IMG/VR virus record: IMGVR_UViG_3300037010_001838
DNA length: 64,000 nt
Strand: one strand, 5' to 3'
DNA from: a virus
Taxonomy: Duplodnaviria > Caudoviricetes
Each line of letters opens with the position of its first letter. Position 1 is the stretch's first letter. Shown one piece after another: positions 51,595 through 60,339 of this stretch. Both the position numbers and the translations under genes were made by a program. The notes under the pieces are model-generated. The model was given only the letters and a program-made list of their open reading frames with translations, searched no databases and had not been told where the DNA came from.

Positions 51595-52236
51595 ATGGAC
51601 ATCGGACGTTTAAAAAATCTTGCAGGTATAATGGAATCAGCACCTTCTTCTGGTATGTCTAAGGGAGAAAAGTCAGAAGTTGTAAGCAAAGCAAAGAAAG
51701 GTGAAGACCTTGGTTCTAAAGGAAAAAACTTTAAGAAAATCGAAAAGAAAGCTGCTGCTCGTTATGGCTCTGAAGAAGCGGGTAAGAAAGTTGCTGCAGC
51801 CGTTATGTGGAAGAAAATGGCTAAAGAGGGTATTGATTACTCCGATGAAGACATTGTTCGAATTTTAGAAGCCGCTGAAGAAGCAGATGCTGAAGATACA
51901 GACAAGGATGATAAAAAAGACAAAAAAGAAGAAAATAAGGACGAAGAAAAGAAAGACAAAAAAGAAGATAAAGATAAAGATGAAGATGAAGATGAAGATA
52001 AAGATGAAGAAGATAAAGATGACGTAGAAGAAAGTTTTATGTCTGACATTCGTCGAACTGCTGGAATTGAAACCGACCCAAGCATTGAATCTATGGAAGA
52101 AGAGTCTGATACTTTCATCGTTTTTGAATCCAAAAAGTCTCCAACTGTCATTGGTGTTTTTCATAAAGCAGAAGACGCAAAACAGATTATGAAAAAATAC
52201 AAAAAAGCAGTTTCACGTGGATACAAATCAAAATAA
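51595..52236 (+). CDS. Acidic/Lys-rich putative capsid-internal protein
   Basis: MDIGRLKNLAGIMES; low-complexity D/E/K tract. Confidence 0.7.
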   Translation: MDIGRLKNLAGIMESAPSSGMSKGEKSEVVSKAKKGEDLGSKGKNFKKIEKKAAARYGSEEAGKKVAAAVMWKKMAKEGIDYSDEDIVRILEAAEEADAEDTDKDDKKDKKEENKDEEKKDKKEDKDKDEDEDEDKDEEDKDDVEESFMSDIRRTAGIETDPSIESMEEESDTFIVFESKKSPTVIGVFHKAEDAKQIMKKYKKAVSRGYKSK

Positions 52237-52610
52237 TGTCAAAATTTAGTTTGCTCTCTCAAATTACGGAGTCATTGAACGATTCTTTTGACTCCGTAAG
52301 ATATAAATTAAAAAGCAAATATCAGGATAAAGAAGTCGGACCAGTTGTTTGGCAAGTGTTTGGAACTAATGATTTTATTGGTGTGGGGTTCGATTTAACA
52401 TATCGTAGAATGACACCATCTCAAGCGTGGACTCATTTTGCATCCAGGATTACACAAGCCAACGATGTATTAAATTCTATTAACACAGAATTTAAAAACA
52501 AATTTCGTACCGAAATTCATTTAGCGAAGAAACCTTCAGGTGGAAAATATTCCGAATATGAACAAGAATTTGGTGGCGAAATTAAATTATATAAAAAGGA
52601 TTCCAAGTGA
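52236..52610 (+). CDS. Hypothetical protein
   Basis: Coupled ORF. Confidence 0.7.
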   Translation: MSKFSLLSQITESLNDSFDSVRYKLKSKYQDKEVGPVVWQVFGTNDFIGVGFDLTYRRMTPSQAWTHFASRITQANDVLNSINTEFKNKFRTEIHLAKKPSGGKYSEYEQEFGGEIKLYKKDSK

Positions 52611-53101
52611 TTGATATAGGACAACTTCGTGTTTATGTAGTCCGTCCAGTCCTTACATATCTTAATATGTGGAGTGATGTGGCTGAAAATTTGGTGATTG
52701 GGACAGCCATTCAGGAATCCCATGCCACATACTTAAAACAAGTTGGTGGTGGTCCAGCAGTTGGAATCTTTCAAATGGAACCATTTACACACGACGATAC
52801 ATGGTCCAATTATATCAATTACCACCCTGATTTAGCTCGACTTCTTCATGGGTTAACAATGTCTATTAGTTCTATTCATCCAAACACAATCAACTCTATT
52901 TCAGCAAATGAAATGATTGGAAACTTATACTATGCCACAGCAATGTGTAGAGTACGATATATGCGTGTTCCAGCAGCATTACCGAACAACGATGTTAATG
53001 GTTTGGCGGCATATTGGAAACAATGGTATAACACACCAAACGGTGCTGGAACAATTCAAGAGTTTGTTAATAATTACAACACATATAATAAAACCGCTTG
53101 A
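52607..53101 (+). CDS. Lysozyme-like (putative peptidoglycan hydrolase)
   Basis: GTAIQES...GIFQMEP...YWKQWYNT. Confidence 0.6.
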   Translation: MIDIGQLRVYVVRPVLTYLNMWSDVAENLVIGTAIQESHATYLKQVGGGPAVGIFQMEPFTHDDTWSNYINYHPDLARLLHGLTMSISSIHPNTINSISANEMIGNLYYATAMCRVRYMRVPAALPNNDVNGLAAYWKQWYNTPNGAGTIQEFVNNYNTYNKTA

Positions 53102-53147
53102 GTTGACATAACCTTTAGAATGTAGGATAATTCTCCGCAAAGGTTAA

Positions 53148-53618
53148 ATGCCTATAATATTTCTAAGGAACACAATAATGCAACGCACAGACAACCCAAG
53201 TATTCTTAATAGAGCGGGTCTCATTCCGTTTTATGTGGATGATAAAAACAATATACAAATGATGTTCATGATTCCAACCGAAAATGAGTGGGTAGAAAGT
53301 ATCCCTCAAATTAGTAAGGGTCGGATTGAGCCAGGTGAAATGGTCTTACTTTCGGCAATTCGTGAAGCATCTGAAGAATTAGGACTTAAACGTTCTAATT
53401 TATCACGCATTGAACCGATTGGTCAGTATTCTACAATTATGTTTTATATTGGGCAAATTAAAGATCCAACTGACTTTGATGATTTTGATTCAACAGAAAC
53501 AAAAGCAACTGTTTGGATGACACTGGAACAATATTTAAGTGACGGTAGACAATTACACTCTGTCGTAGTTCGGGATGCTGTTGAAAAGATTGAGGAATTA
53601 GTAAATGTAGCCGAATGA
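53148..53618 (+). CDS. Nudix hydrolase
   Basis: KGRIEPGEMVLLSAIREASEELG. Confidence 0.85.
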   Translation: MPIIFLRNTIMQRTDNPSILNRAGLIPFYVDDKNNIQMMFMIPTENEWVESIPQISKGRIEPGEMVLLSAIREASEELGLKRSNLSRIEPIGQYSTIMFYIGQIKDPTDFDDFDSTETKATVWMTLEQYLSDGRQLHSVVVRDAVEKIEELVNVAE

Positions 53619-53824
53619 ATATCCAAACGACTATCACAAATGAACAACCGTTATAGTTCGTCCTACGTTCTAGTGGAGGTTAAAATTGTTGTTTAACCCT
53701 CGCGAGTTAATCTTTTGCTGGAGTGATGAAGCGTGGATATTGGATGGATTCACAAGGGAAGATTATTTTTCATATGATGGATTGCCAGATAAAATAAGAC
53801 ACCGTTTAAAACAAGGAAAATAAA

Positions 53825-54322
53825 ATGAAATTGAATGAAATCACAGAAACTCAACCTGAGATGGTTATGTTGGTAGGACTTCCTGGTTCAGGCAAATCCA
53901 CATATATCGCTCAGTTAAAAAAACATAAGAATTATGTTGTTATCTCAACAGATGATATTTTGGAACAAATTGCGAAAGACTCTGGTATTAGTTATTCGGA
54001 TGCTTTCAACAGTTATTACAAAGAATCAGAAAAGAAAATGTTTATACAGTTGAAACAAGCTATCAACAAAAAACAGAATATTATTATTGACCAAACGAAC
54101 ATGACAGTTGGGTCTCGTAGTCGGAAGTTGGGACTTGTTCCAAACAGTTATACGAAGATTGCTGTGGTGTTTAGTGTGGATTCAGCAGAACTTCAGCGTC
54201 GATTGGATAATAGAGAAAAAGAAACTGGAAAACGTATTCCTTCTTCCGTAATCAAGAGTATGAGAGAAGCATACCAAGAGCCAACAAAAAGCGAAGGTTT
54301 TGCGGAAATTATTAAAGTTTAA
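53825..54322 (+). CDS. P-loop kinase, polynucleotide-kinase-like (AAA_33)
   Basis: MLVGLPGSGKST, STDD, IIIDQTN, R...R lid. Confidence 0.8.
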   Translation: MKLNEITETQPEMVMLVGLPGSGKSTYIAQLKKHKNYVVISTDDILEQIAKDSGISYSDAFNSYYKESEKKMFIQLKQAINKKQNIIIDQTNMTVGSRSRKLGLVPNSYTKIAVVFSVDSAELQRRLDNREKETGKRIPSSVIKSMREAYQEPTKSEGFAEIIKV

Positions 54323-54327
54323 AATAT

Positions 54328-54540
54328 TTAATTTGAAACTGTTAGAAGAGCGGGGCACCACTCAGGTGCTCTATCTCTTTCATACCAACAATTTGAAATT
54401 ATTTTATTGTTAACTCCACAGACTACTTGTATTCCTCGGTCATATTCTTCTGGCGTATTACAGTAGTAATCAGTTATTAATTGAGTACATCCTTTACAGT
54501 GATATGTAATTGTCATTGATGGTCCAAAATTGTTTTCCAT
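54328..54540 (-). CDS. Small Cys-rich protein
   Basis: CKGC...C...PEWCP. Confidence 0.55.
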   Translation of the reverse strand: MENNFGPSMTITYHCKGCTQLITDYYCNTPEEYDRGIQVVCGVNNKIISNCWYERDRAPEWCPALLTVSN

Positions 54541-56798
54541 TATCTCACCTTTGTTGTTATGTCTTCATACACCCGATTGTGAGTGTTATTCACTCTAATA
54601 AACGTTGCACGTTTTGAAAGTTCCTTTAGTGTTTTACTTCCTGTATATGTACACGTACTCCGAACCCCACCTAGAATATGGTTAATTGTATCTTTAACTG
54701 GTCCTCGATATGGAAGTTCGATTGTTCGTCCTTCACTCGAGCGATATTCAGCCAAACCCCCACTGTGAGCTTCCATTGCTGTAGATGAACTCATCCCGTA
54801 GAATTGGACAAACTTACGCTCTACTTCCAAACACTCAAGAGAAGAACCATCAATATCTTTTATAACTTCGTTAGTTTTATACCACTTCGAACTTACTTCA
54901 CCTCCACCTTCGTCGTGTCCAGCGAACATTCCACCACTCATTACAAAATCAGCGCCACCTGCAAATGCTTTTGCAAAGTCTCCAGGAGTATTACATCCCC
55001 CATCGGAACACAACCTTCCGCCTAATCCATGAACAGCATCAGCACATTCTATAATTGCACTCAATTGGGGAAAACCAATTCCAGACACTAACCTTGTGGT
55101 ACAAACTGAATTGTGAACAATCATGTTGTTTGCAATGAAACTGTGGGTTGGGTGATCAATTTCCAAATCGTAGACGGGAACCTCACACTCTGTTGGGTTT
55201 TCAATTTCAAGTATTTTTATAACCTGATAATGTGAAAGATGTCTTTTTTTGTGAGAGGTCGCCAGAAAACTTCGATATCCATCTTTTCGGGGGTGTTGCA
55301 TAGGATATGAAGACCGTTTCCCGTTGTTTGACATATTTGGGAAACTCCCAAATATATTAAACGTAATCCAGCTGAATAGTTCCATGAGTTGTTGTGACGT
55401 GTTGTTAAAATTAACCTGGCCTTCTTTTGTAATGTGGCCGTCACTATCAACTAATCCATCATACAATCCCCGCAAATATTCTGTGTTGGTGCACATGAAT
55501 TGGTCTGGAAGATGTTTTTCATGGAACTTTCCAAACTGTTGGAAAAATTCTTCCCACTGTTTACTATACAAGGTGATCGTGGTCAACGTTTTCCGTTTAT
55601 TAGAACATACTGGGATTTTACCCGTAACCATCTCAACAGCAGACATTAATTTAACTACATGATGTTGATCTCTTGAGTTTATATACCACTCAACACCTTC
55701 AGAAAAACTTGAAAATCCCCTGCTGTTGGTTCCTTTTGTTTTTCTTGAAGTACCATCTCCAAGAAAAAAACCAAACACATAACCAGTGTTGTAATCAGAT
55801 TTAACAATAGTGTTATAATTATCCAAATGCTCTTCTCGTATAAAATAACTTGAAATATCGATATGAAAACTATCTGGTGTTTCCCAATTAATATTGATGG
55901 GAAGTAAAGCTACATCTTGTCGTATTTCACTCACCGGTTTCCATTTTATTTTTTCCTCTCCCAAACGAGTAGGAACCTCCAGCGCCTTTTTATACCCTTT
56001 GCTTTGTAGTGTTGTAATACTAATAGAATTTAGATCACCTACGTAACAATGATGGTCAGGAGTTAGTCTCAACGGAATGTTGAAGTGATCATGTTTTATC
56101 TGTGTTGTTTTCTTATATCCTGTGGTATAAGCGGATAACACAGTTGCTGGTTCTCCAGTACTCGTAATTATACGATCCCCAGGTTGAACATCTTTGATAT
56201 TTTTATAAACACCACTGGACATTAAAATTCGAGCATCACCCGTTAAACACCCACTGCCTACTCCAACCTTGATGATATCTGCACCAGATAATACTAATTG
56301 TTCTGCCATTTCAGGTGTAACAACGTTACCAACAAGAAGAGTTGTGTTTGGATATTTGTCTCGTAATTTAGTTACAGTAGATACAAAAGTTTCTGTATAC
56401 CCATTAGCAACGTCAACACACACATTTAAAGGAGGTCTGCCAAACATTTCGATGAAGTGTTCAAGCTTATCGAGGTCACTTTGAGACGTTCCAACTGAAT
56501 AAAAAATATATTGTTCAAATGAGGGATTGTTTTTATAAAAATCTACAAGTTGAACTACTGGATAATGTTTATGTAATGCTACCATCATTTTAAATTCAGC
56601 AAATCGTTCCGCCATTTCAAAAGTTCCAACTCCATCCATATTTGACGCTATAATTGGAATACCAGTCCATTGTTGGTGAGAGTATTTGAATGTGAACGAC
56701 CTTTCAAGAGACACGTCTTTGCGTGAAGTTAGTGATGACCTTTTTGGAATAAGTAGCACATCACCAAAATCCAATTTAACATCCTCTACTATTCTCAT
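54540..56798 (-). CDS. guaC: GMP reductase with intein
   Basis: KLDFGDVLLIPKRS, ASNMDGVGTF, DVANGY, KVGVGSG|SVCTTR, FYGMSS, YRSSEG. Confidence 0.92.
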   Translation of the reverse strand: MRIVEDVKLDFGDVLLIPKRSSLTSRKDVSLERSFTFKYSHQQWTGIPIIASNMDGVGTFEMAERFAEFKMMVALHKHYPVVQLVDFYKNNPSFEQYIFYSVGTSQSDLDKLEHFIEMFGRPPLNVCVDVANGYTETFVSTVTKLRDKYPNTTLLVGNVVTPEMAEQLVLSGADIIKVGVGSGCLTGDARILMSSGVYKNIKDVQPGDRIITSTGEPATVLSAYTTGYKKTTQIKHDHFNIPLRLTPDHHCYVGDLNSISITTLQSKGYKKALEVPTRLGEEKIKWKPVSEIRQDVALLPININWETPDSFHIDISSYFIREEHLDNYNTIVKSDYNTGYVFGFFLGDGTSRKTKGTNSRGFSSFSEGVEWYINSRDQHHVVKLMSAVEMVTGKIPVCSNKRKTLTTITLYSKQWEEFFQQFGKFHEKHLPDQFMCTNTEYLRGLYDGLVDSDGHITKEGQVNFNNTSQQLMELFSWITFNIFGSFPNMSNNGKRSSYPMQHPRKDGYRSFLATSHKKRHLSHYQVIKILEIENPTECEVPVYDLEIDHPTHSFIANNMIVHNSVCTTRLVSGIGFPQLSAIIECADAVHGLGGRLCSDGGCNTPGDFAKAFAGGADFVMSGGMFAGHDEGGGEVSSKWYKTNEVIKDIDGSSLECLEVERKFVQFYGMSSSTAMEAHSGGLAEYRSSEGRTIELPYRGPVKDTINHILGGVRSTCTYTGSKTLKELSKRATFIRVNNTHNRVYEDITTKVR
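55110..56249 (-). mobile_element. 380-aa intein with LAGLIDADG-type endonuclease domain
   Basis: Starts CLTGDARI, ends IANNMIVHN, +1 Ser; blocks GFFLGDG and GLVDSDG. Confidence 0.92.
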
Positions 56799-56885
56799 TT
56801 TATCCCCTTTTGTGTTGTCTTTTATGTAATTATTAATTATACTATACGTAACTTAAATTATCTTTACAACATACTGGAGAAACAA

Positions 56886-57194
56886 ATGTGTTATATTATT
56901 CTCATTGTTATTTTAATTAATGGGTTCTTTTTCTTTAATAATTATCGGTTGAATGTTGCTTATCGTTATCGAGATCAAGCGATAGATAAAGTCAGTGAGA
57001 TGAACCACGAAGACGTTGACAATACTTACGCTAATGTTGGTTATACACAAAGAGACATTTGGGAGTTGGAACTCCGTATGAATAAAAGGTGGGATAAGTT
57101 TCATAGTTATTCGGCTGATAAAATGATATGGGAACTTACAAAGTGGAAGTATGATGATTTTTACCCCAAAGGCTTTTTTGAATTAGAGGAATAA
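56886..57194 (+). CDS. Hypothetical membrane-anchored protein
   Basis: SD GGAG; N-terminal TM. Confidence 0.65.
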   Translation: MCYIILIVILINGFFFFNNYRLNVAYRYRDQAIDKVSEMNHEDVDNTYANVGYTQRDIWELELRMNKRWDKFHSYSADKMIWELTKWKYDDFYPKGFFELEE

Positions 57195-57198
57195 CACA

Positions 57199-57624
57199 AT
57201 GACATTACCAGCAAATAATATTAGTTACACACATCGTTTTAGAAATGGACGGATGCACAACTGGGTAGCACTGAATGCACAGTGTCAATGTCATAGCGAT
57301 GAACACCAACACAAATTGATTATCGAGTATGATAACGAGTTTGATTTGTTGTCTTTGACGTTGTATTTTAAAACATGGACTCCAAATTATTGGAACCACC
57401 AAACAGGATTTTTTGGTTGGTTTAAGGACGTTTGGGCAAGTGTTAAATTCCGATTGGAGTGTGTATTCAAGGGATATAATACATTGTCTTATGATTTTAT
57501 TTTTAATGGTGAAGAAGCTATCCAAGATTACATTGATGCTCTTCAAGCGTCTCTAAATCAAATCAAACAGGTAAAAATGGAAGCACAACAAAAAAGGAGC
57601 AACAGAAGTGATAAGCAGCAATGA
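57199..57624 (+). CDS. Hypothetical protein
   Basis: SD GAGG. Confidence 0.65.
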   Translation: MTLPANNISYTHRFRNGRMHNWVALNAQCQCHSDEHQHKLIIEYDNEFDLLSLTLYFKTWTPNYWNHQTGFFGWFKDVWASVKFRLECVFKGYNTLSYDFIFNGEEAIQDYIDALQASLNQIKQVKMEAQQKRSNRSDKQQ

Positions 57625-57834
57625 TGTTTTAGTTGGAACAGTGATTTTGATTTTTTGTTTGTCTGCTATATTCCCATTGATCATATGGGTAGAGTCAACA
57701 GACACATGTGGTTTCAACTTGAAGAATACGAAATAGTAGAGGATCACAGTGGTATTATAATCAAAAAGTAGTTGTTAAAAGCATTGAATACTTTTATAAT
57801 AATTTCACTCTGAATATTTTAAAGGAAACACACA

Positions 57835-58335
57835 ATGAAAATACATTCTGTTGTGATAGGTTTAACCGTTGGTGTTATGTTGTCTGGTTGTGTCGATAGT
57901 GGTAATGGCAATAAGGTTGGTTCAGTCACAAAGTTAGCCCAGGAAGGAGTTTTCTGTAAAACATGGGAAGGTCAACTCATTCGTGGTGGATTTAGTAATG
58001 GTTCTGGTGTAATGGGAGCTCCATTCGAATTTACTATCGAAAACAATCCTGAACTGGTTAAAAAAGTTGCTGAACTTATGGATTCTCAACAAGAAGTCAA
58101 AATCACATACCGAACTGAAGCTATGACTTGGTGTCGTTCAGATTCCAACAATCACTTTTTGACAGATATTGAAGTTCTCGGAAAACAAGCTGAACACCCC
58201 GTGAAGATAGATTCCACTGAACCTATTAAAGTGGAGCCTGTTAAGTCTGACCCAGTGTCTTCGCACGATAAAGTACTCAAATTACTTCAGACGCAACAAC
58301 AAATAATTACTGAACTTGTTAATGAAAAAAACTGA
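57835..58335 (+). CDS. Predicted lipoprotein
   Basis: MLSGC lipobox; KLAQEGVFCKTWEG. Confidence 0.75.
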   Translation: MKIHSVVIGLTVGVMLSGCVDSGNGNKVGSVTKLAQEGVFCKTWEGQLIRGGFSNGSGVMGAPFEFTIENNPELVKKVAELMDSQQEVKITYRTEAMTWCRSDSNNHFLTDIEVLGKQAEHPVKIDSTEPIKVEPVKSDPVSSHDKVLKLLQTQQQIITELVNEKN

Positions 58336-58497
58336 TAAAAAAGATACAAATGACCCCATTTGATGAAGATATGAAAATATTGTCTGACCTTAGTTTCAAA
58401 CTTTATAATTTAACCAAAGACCCACAACCAGGTTTGTTTATGTGGAAACATGTGTTGGGTACAGTAATGACAGACATGAAAAACACGTTGGAACGAA

Positions 58498-58839
58498 TTG
58501 GTGTTGGTGAGAATGTTTGATTTTAATCTGAATCCACAATCATCTGAACCAACGTCTAAGTGTGTTGTGCGTTTAAAGACATCTGTATGGAACGATAGTC
58601 GTGGTATTCATATTAAAAAAGATATCACATATCTCCGAAGAAAAAGTTTTGGTTTTAATATTTTAGAAGAAGATGTTAGTAATATTGGACCTGAGTTCGT
58701 TGTTTCTGATATCATAAACCTTAACAGTTGTTCTGATGGAATTTACGAAGTAGTTATTTGTAACGAAAGTCATGACTGGGAAACTGGATATGTTGATGCG
58801 TACAACTATAAATTAATAAAGGTGGTAAATGATGAGTGA
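58498..58839 (+). CDS. Hypothetical protein
   Basis: ORF in operon; start uncertain. Confidence 0.6.
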   Translation: MVLVRMFDFNLNPQSSEPTSKCVVRLKTSVWNDSRGIHIKKDITYLRRKSFGFNILEEDVSNIGPEFVVSDIINLNSCSDGIYEVVICNESHDWETGYVDAYNYKLIKVVNDE

Positions 58840-59116
58840 AGAAAACACAATTTGGAAACGTCGTACGAACCTTGATACACATGAAAGAGAATTACGAAAA
58901 GGGTGGATGTACCAATATCACAATACACCTGAATATAAACAATATCAACAGGATATGAAATCTCTCCAAGAAGAATGTGGAAAACTTGGACATGTTCGTG
59001 GGAAGTTTTGGGATAATGGGTTGGGAACAACTTGGTATTATTGTGCCCACTGTGGAGCAACTTTTGATATCGAAAAGTATGATTTGGGTTTATCAGACGC
59101 GGAGGAAGATGAATGA
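58829..59116 (+). CDS. Hypothetical Zn-finger protein
   Basis: CGKLGH...CAHCG. Confidence 0.65.
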   Translation: MMSEENTIWKRRTNLDTHERELRKGWMYQYHNTPEYKQYQQDMKSLQEECGKLGHVRGKFWDNGLGTTWYYCAHCGATFDIEKYDLGLSDAEEDE

Positions 59117-59130
59117 CATTTATCAATCTC

Positions 59131-59205
59131 TCGACTAAGAAAACCCCCAGATGCTTCAGCACCGGGGGTGAACTACCCGATTGCTAAAACAATTGGGTAG
59201 TTCAC
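59131..59205. mobile_element. IS200/IS605-like double-palindrome remnant
   Basis: ACCCCC-AGATGCTTCAGCACC-GGGGGT then GTGAACTACCCGATTG-CTAAAA-CAATTGGGTAGTTCAC. Confidence 0.55.
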
Positions 59206-59289
59206 ATGATATCATTGAACAATTAATCGATAATAACACGGAATGTCAGAAATTTGTTGGTGGTATTTCTGATGGAATAGAATGATTCG

Positions 59290-59318
59290 TTGACTTTTAT
59301 AAATAAGTCATATATACT
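59290..59318 (+). promoter_or_regulatory. Promoter of tRNA cluster 2
   Basis: TTGACT-17-TATACT with TATAAATA inside the spacer. Confidence 0.85.
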
Positions 59319-59354
59319 TATAACACTGAATTAATTACTTAAAGGATTTACAAA

Positions 59355-59450
59355 ATGAACACAAACGGATTAGGTTATTGTCTATCACTCGGGTCTTTAT
59401 CCATATTGGATAAGAGCCAGGTCGCCGTTTGGGGAATTACCAAGATGTAA
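59355..59450 (+). CDS. 31-aa attenuator leader peptide MNTNGLGYCLSLGSLSILDKSQVAVWGITKM
   Basis: SD AAAGGA at 59341, ATG 59355, TAA 59448; overlaps attenuator segments. Confidence 0.8.
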   Translation: MNTNGLGYCLSLGSLSILDKSQVAVWGITKM

Positions 59451-59503
59451 AGAGAAAAAATCCCAAAAGAAAGCCTGGCTCGAAAGACCCAGGCTTTTTT
59501 GTT
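59392..59503 (+). promoter_or_regulatory. Transcription attenuator (1:2 protector, 2:3 antiterminator, 3:4 terminator)
   Basis: 1:2 = 59392-402/59408-18; 2:3 = GAGCCAGG 59414-21/CCTGGCTC 59474-81 plus TTTGGGG/TCCCAAA; 3:4 = AAAGCCTGG 59470-78/CCAGGCTTT 59489-97 plus T-tract. Confidence 0.8.
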
Positions 59504-59536
59504 GTAAACTGTTATTTAAAAATTTGAAATATTTTG

Positions 59537-59655
59537 GGGCATGCGGCGAAGTTGGAGAGTCGCGGCGGACTGACTAGAGAGCATTGGTTTTCCAGTGTTC
59601 TCGACTAAATCCGTTCCCTCGTGGTGAGTAGGTTCGATTCCTACCATGCCCACCA
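59537..59655 (+). tRNA. tRNA-Tyr body with a 33-nt hairpin insert in the anticodon loop
   Basis: GGGCATG/CATGCCC-ACCA; GCGGA-CTG[...]TAAA-TCCGT; insert hairpin GAGAGCATTGG/CCAGTGTTCTC. Confidence 0.75.
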
Positions 59656-59661
59656 ATTTAT

Positions 59662-59747
59662 GCGCTAGTGCCGGAGTAGACGAACGGAACTGCCTGCAAA
59701 GCAGATGGTGAAAGCCCACGTGGGTGCAAATCCTACCTAGCGTTCCA
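59662..59747 (+). tRNA. tRNA-Cys(GCA) with long variable arm
   Basis: CTGCAAA loop; U73; V-arm GGT-GAAA-GCC; T-loop TGCAAAT. Confidence 0.8.
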
Positions 59748-59754
59748 AAATAAA

Positions 59755-59844
59755 GGGGAGTGAAATAAGGCTAGGTGGTCCTGGCGCAGGGTTGTAGCTC
59801 CTGTCCCTCGTGGCAAGAAGTTCGATTCTGTCCTCTCCCCACCA
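59755..59844 (+). tRNA. Atypical tRNA-Tyr(GUA)
   Basis: TTGTAGC loop; 6-bp/4-nt D-arm GCTAGG-TGGT-CCTGGC; ACCA end. Confidence 0.6.
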
Positions 59845-59853
59845 AAATTTAAT

Positions 59854-59930
59854 ACCCTTCTACGCTAATTGGTAACGCGGCAACGCTTAGAACGTTGTGG
59901 TTCTCAGTTCGAATCTGAGGTTGGGTACCA
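59854..59930 (+). tRNA. tRNA-Leu(UAG), short variable loop
   Basis: CAACG-CTTAGAA-CGTTG; ACCA end. Confidence 0.8.
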
Positions 59931-60061
59931 AGTTTGTCCTGTTGTGTGTTGTTTGGAACAATCGCTTTGTTGGTGGTATCTGGCTATTCAAACGAACCAT
60001 AATTCGATACACAAGAAAACAGTTAGAACGTACATTTATAAAGATTAAAACATGATAAATT

Positions 60062-60144
60062 GCCCTGGTGACAAATGCAAATTGGTACAGCTACTGCGCT
60101 AAGAACGCAGGTTTTTACGGGTTCGACTCCCGTCTGGGGCACCA
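60062..60144 (+). tRNA. tRNA-Leu(AAG), expanded D-loop, short variable loop
   Basis: CTGCG-CTAAGAA-CGCAG; ACCA end. Confidence 0.75.
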
Positions 60145-60152
60145 AAAATATT

Positions 60153-60248
60153 ACCGTATCATTCCAGTAGGTGCTGGTAAGAATCCATAAGAGTTGTACT
60201 TGGAGTCCAGGTGCAACACAGGCAGAGCGTGACTGCAATACGGTTCCA
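60153..60248 (+). ncRNA. tRNA-like RNA, anticodon not assignable
   Basis: ACCGTAT/ATACGGT-T-CCA; T-like arm GCAG-AGCGTGA-CTGC. Confidence 0.55.
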
Positions 60249-60257
60249 AAATTTAAT

Positions 60258-60330
60258 GCGGGTTGTCAAGTGGTGTACGTTTGGCCTTCCAAGCCGAAAG
60301 AGGTGAGTTCGAATCTCATAGCCCGCTCCA
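60258..60330 (+). tRNA. tRNA-Gly(UCC), reduced D-arm
   Basis: CTTCCAA loop; GCGGGTT/AGCCCGC-TCCA. Confidence 0.8.
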
Positions 60331-60339
60331 AAATATTAT

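Noticed and set aside
51837-52164. Ser-rich and Phe/Ile-rich minus-strand ORFs
   Set aside because: Antisense readings of the GAA/GAT/AAA tract of 51595-52236.
59570-59615. Archaeal-type bulge-helix-bulge intron in tRNA-Tyr
   Set aside because: The required 4-bp central helix between the anticodon-loop bases and the insert cannot be formed.
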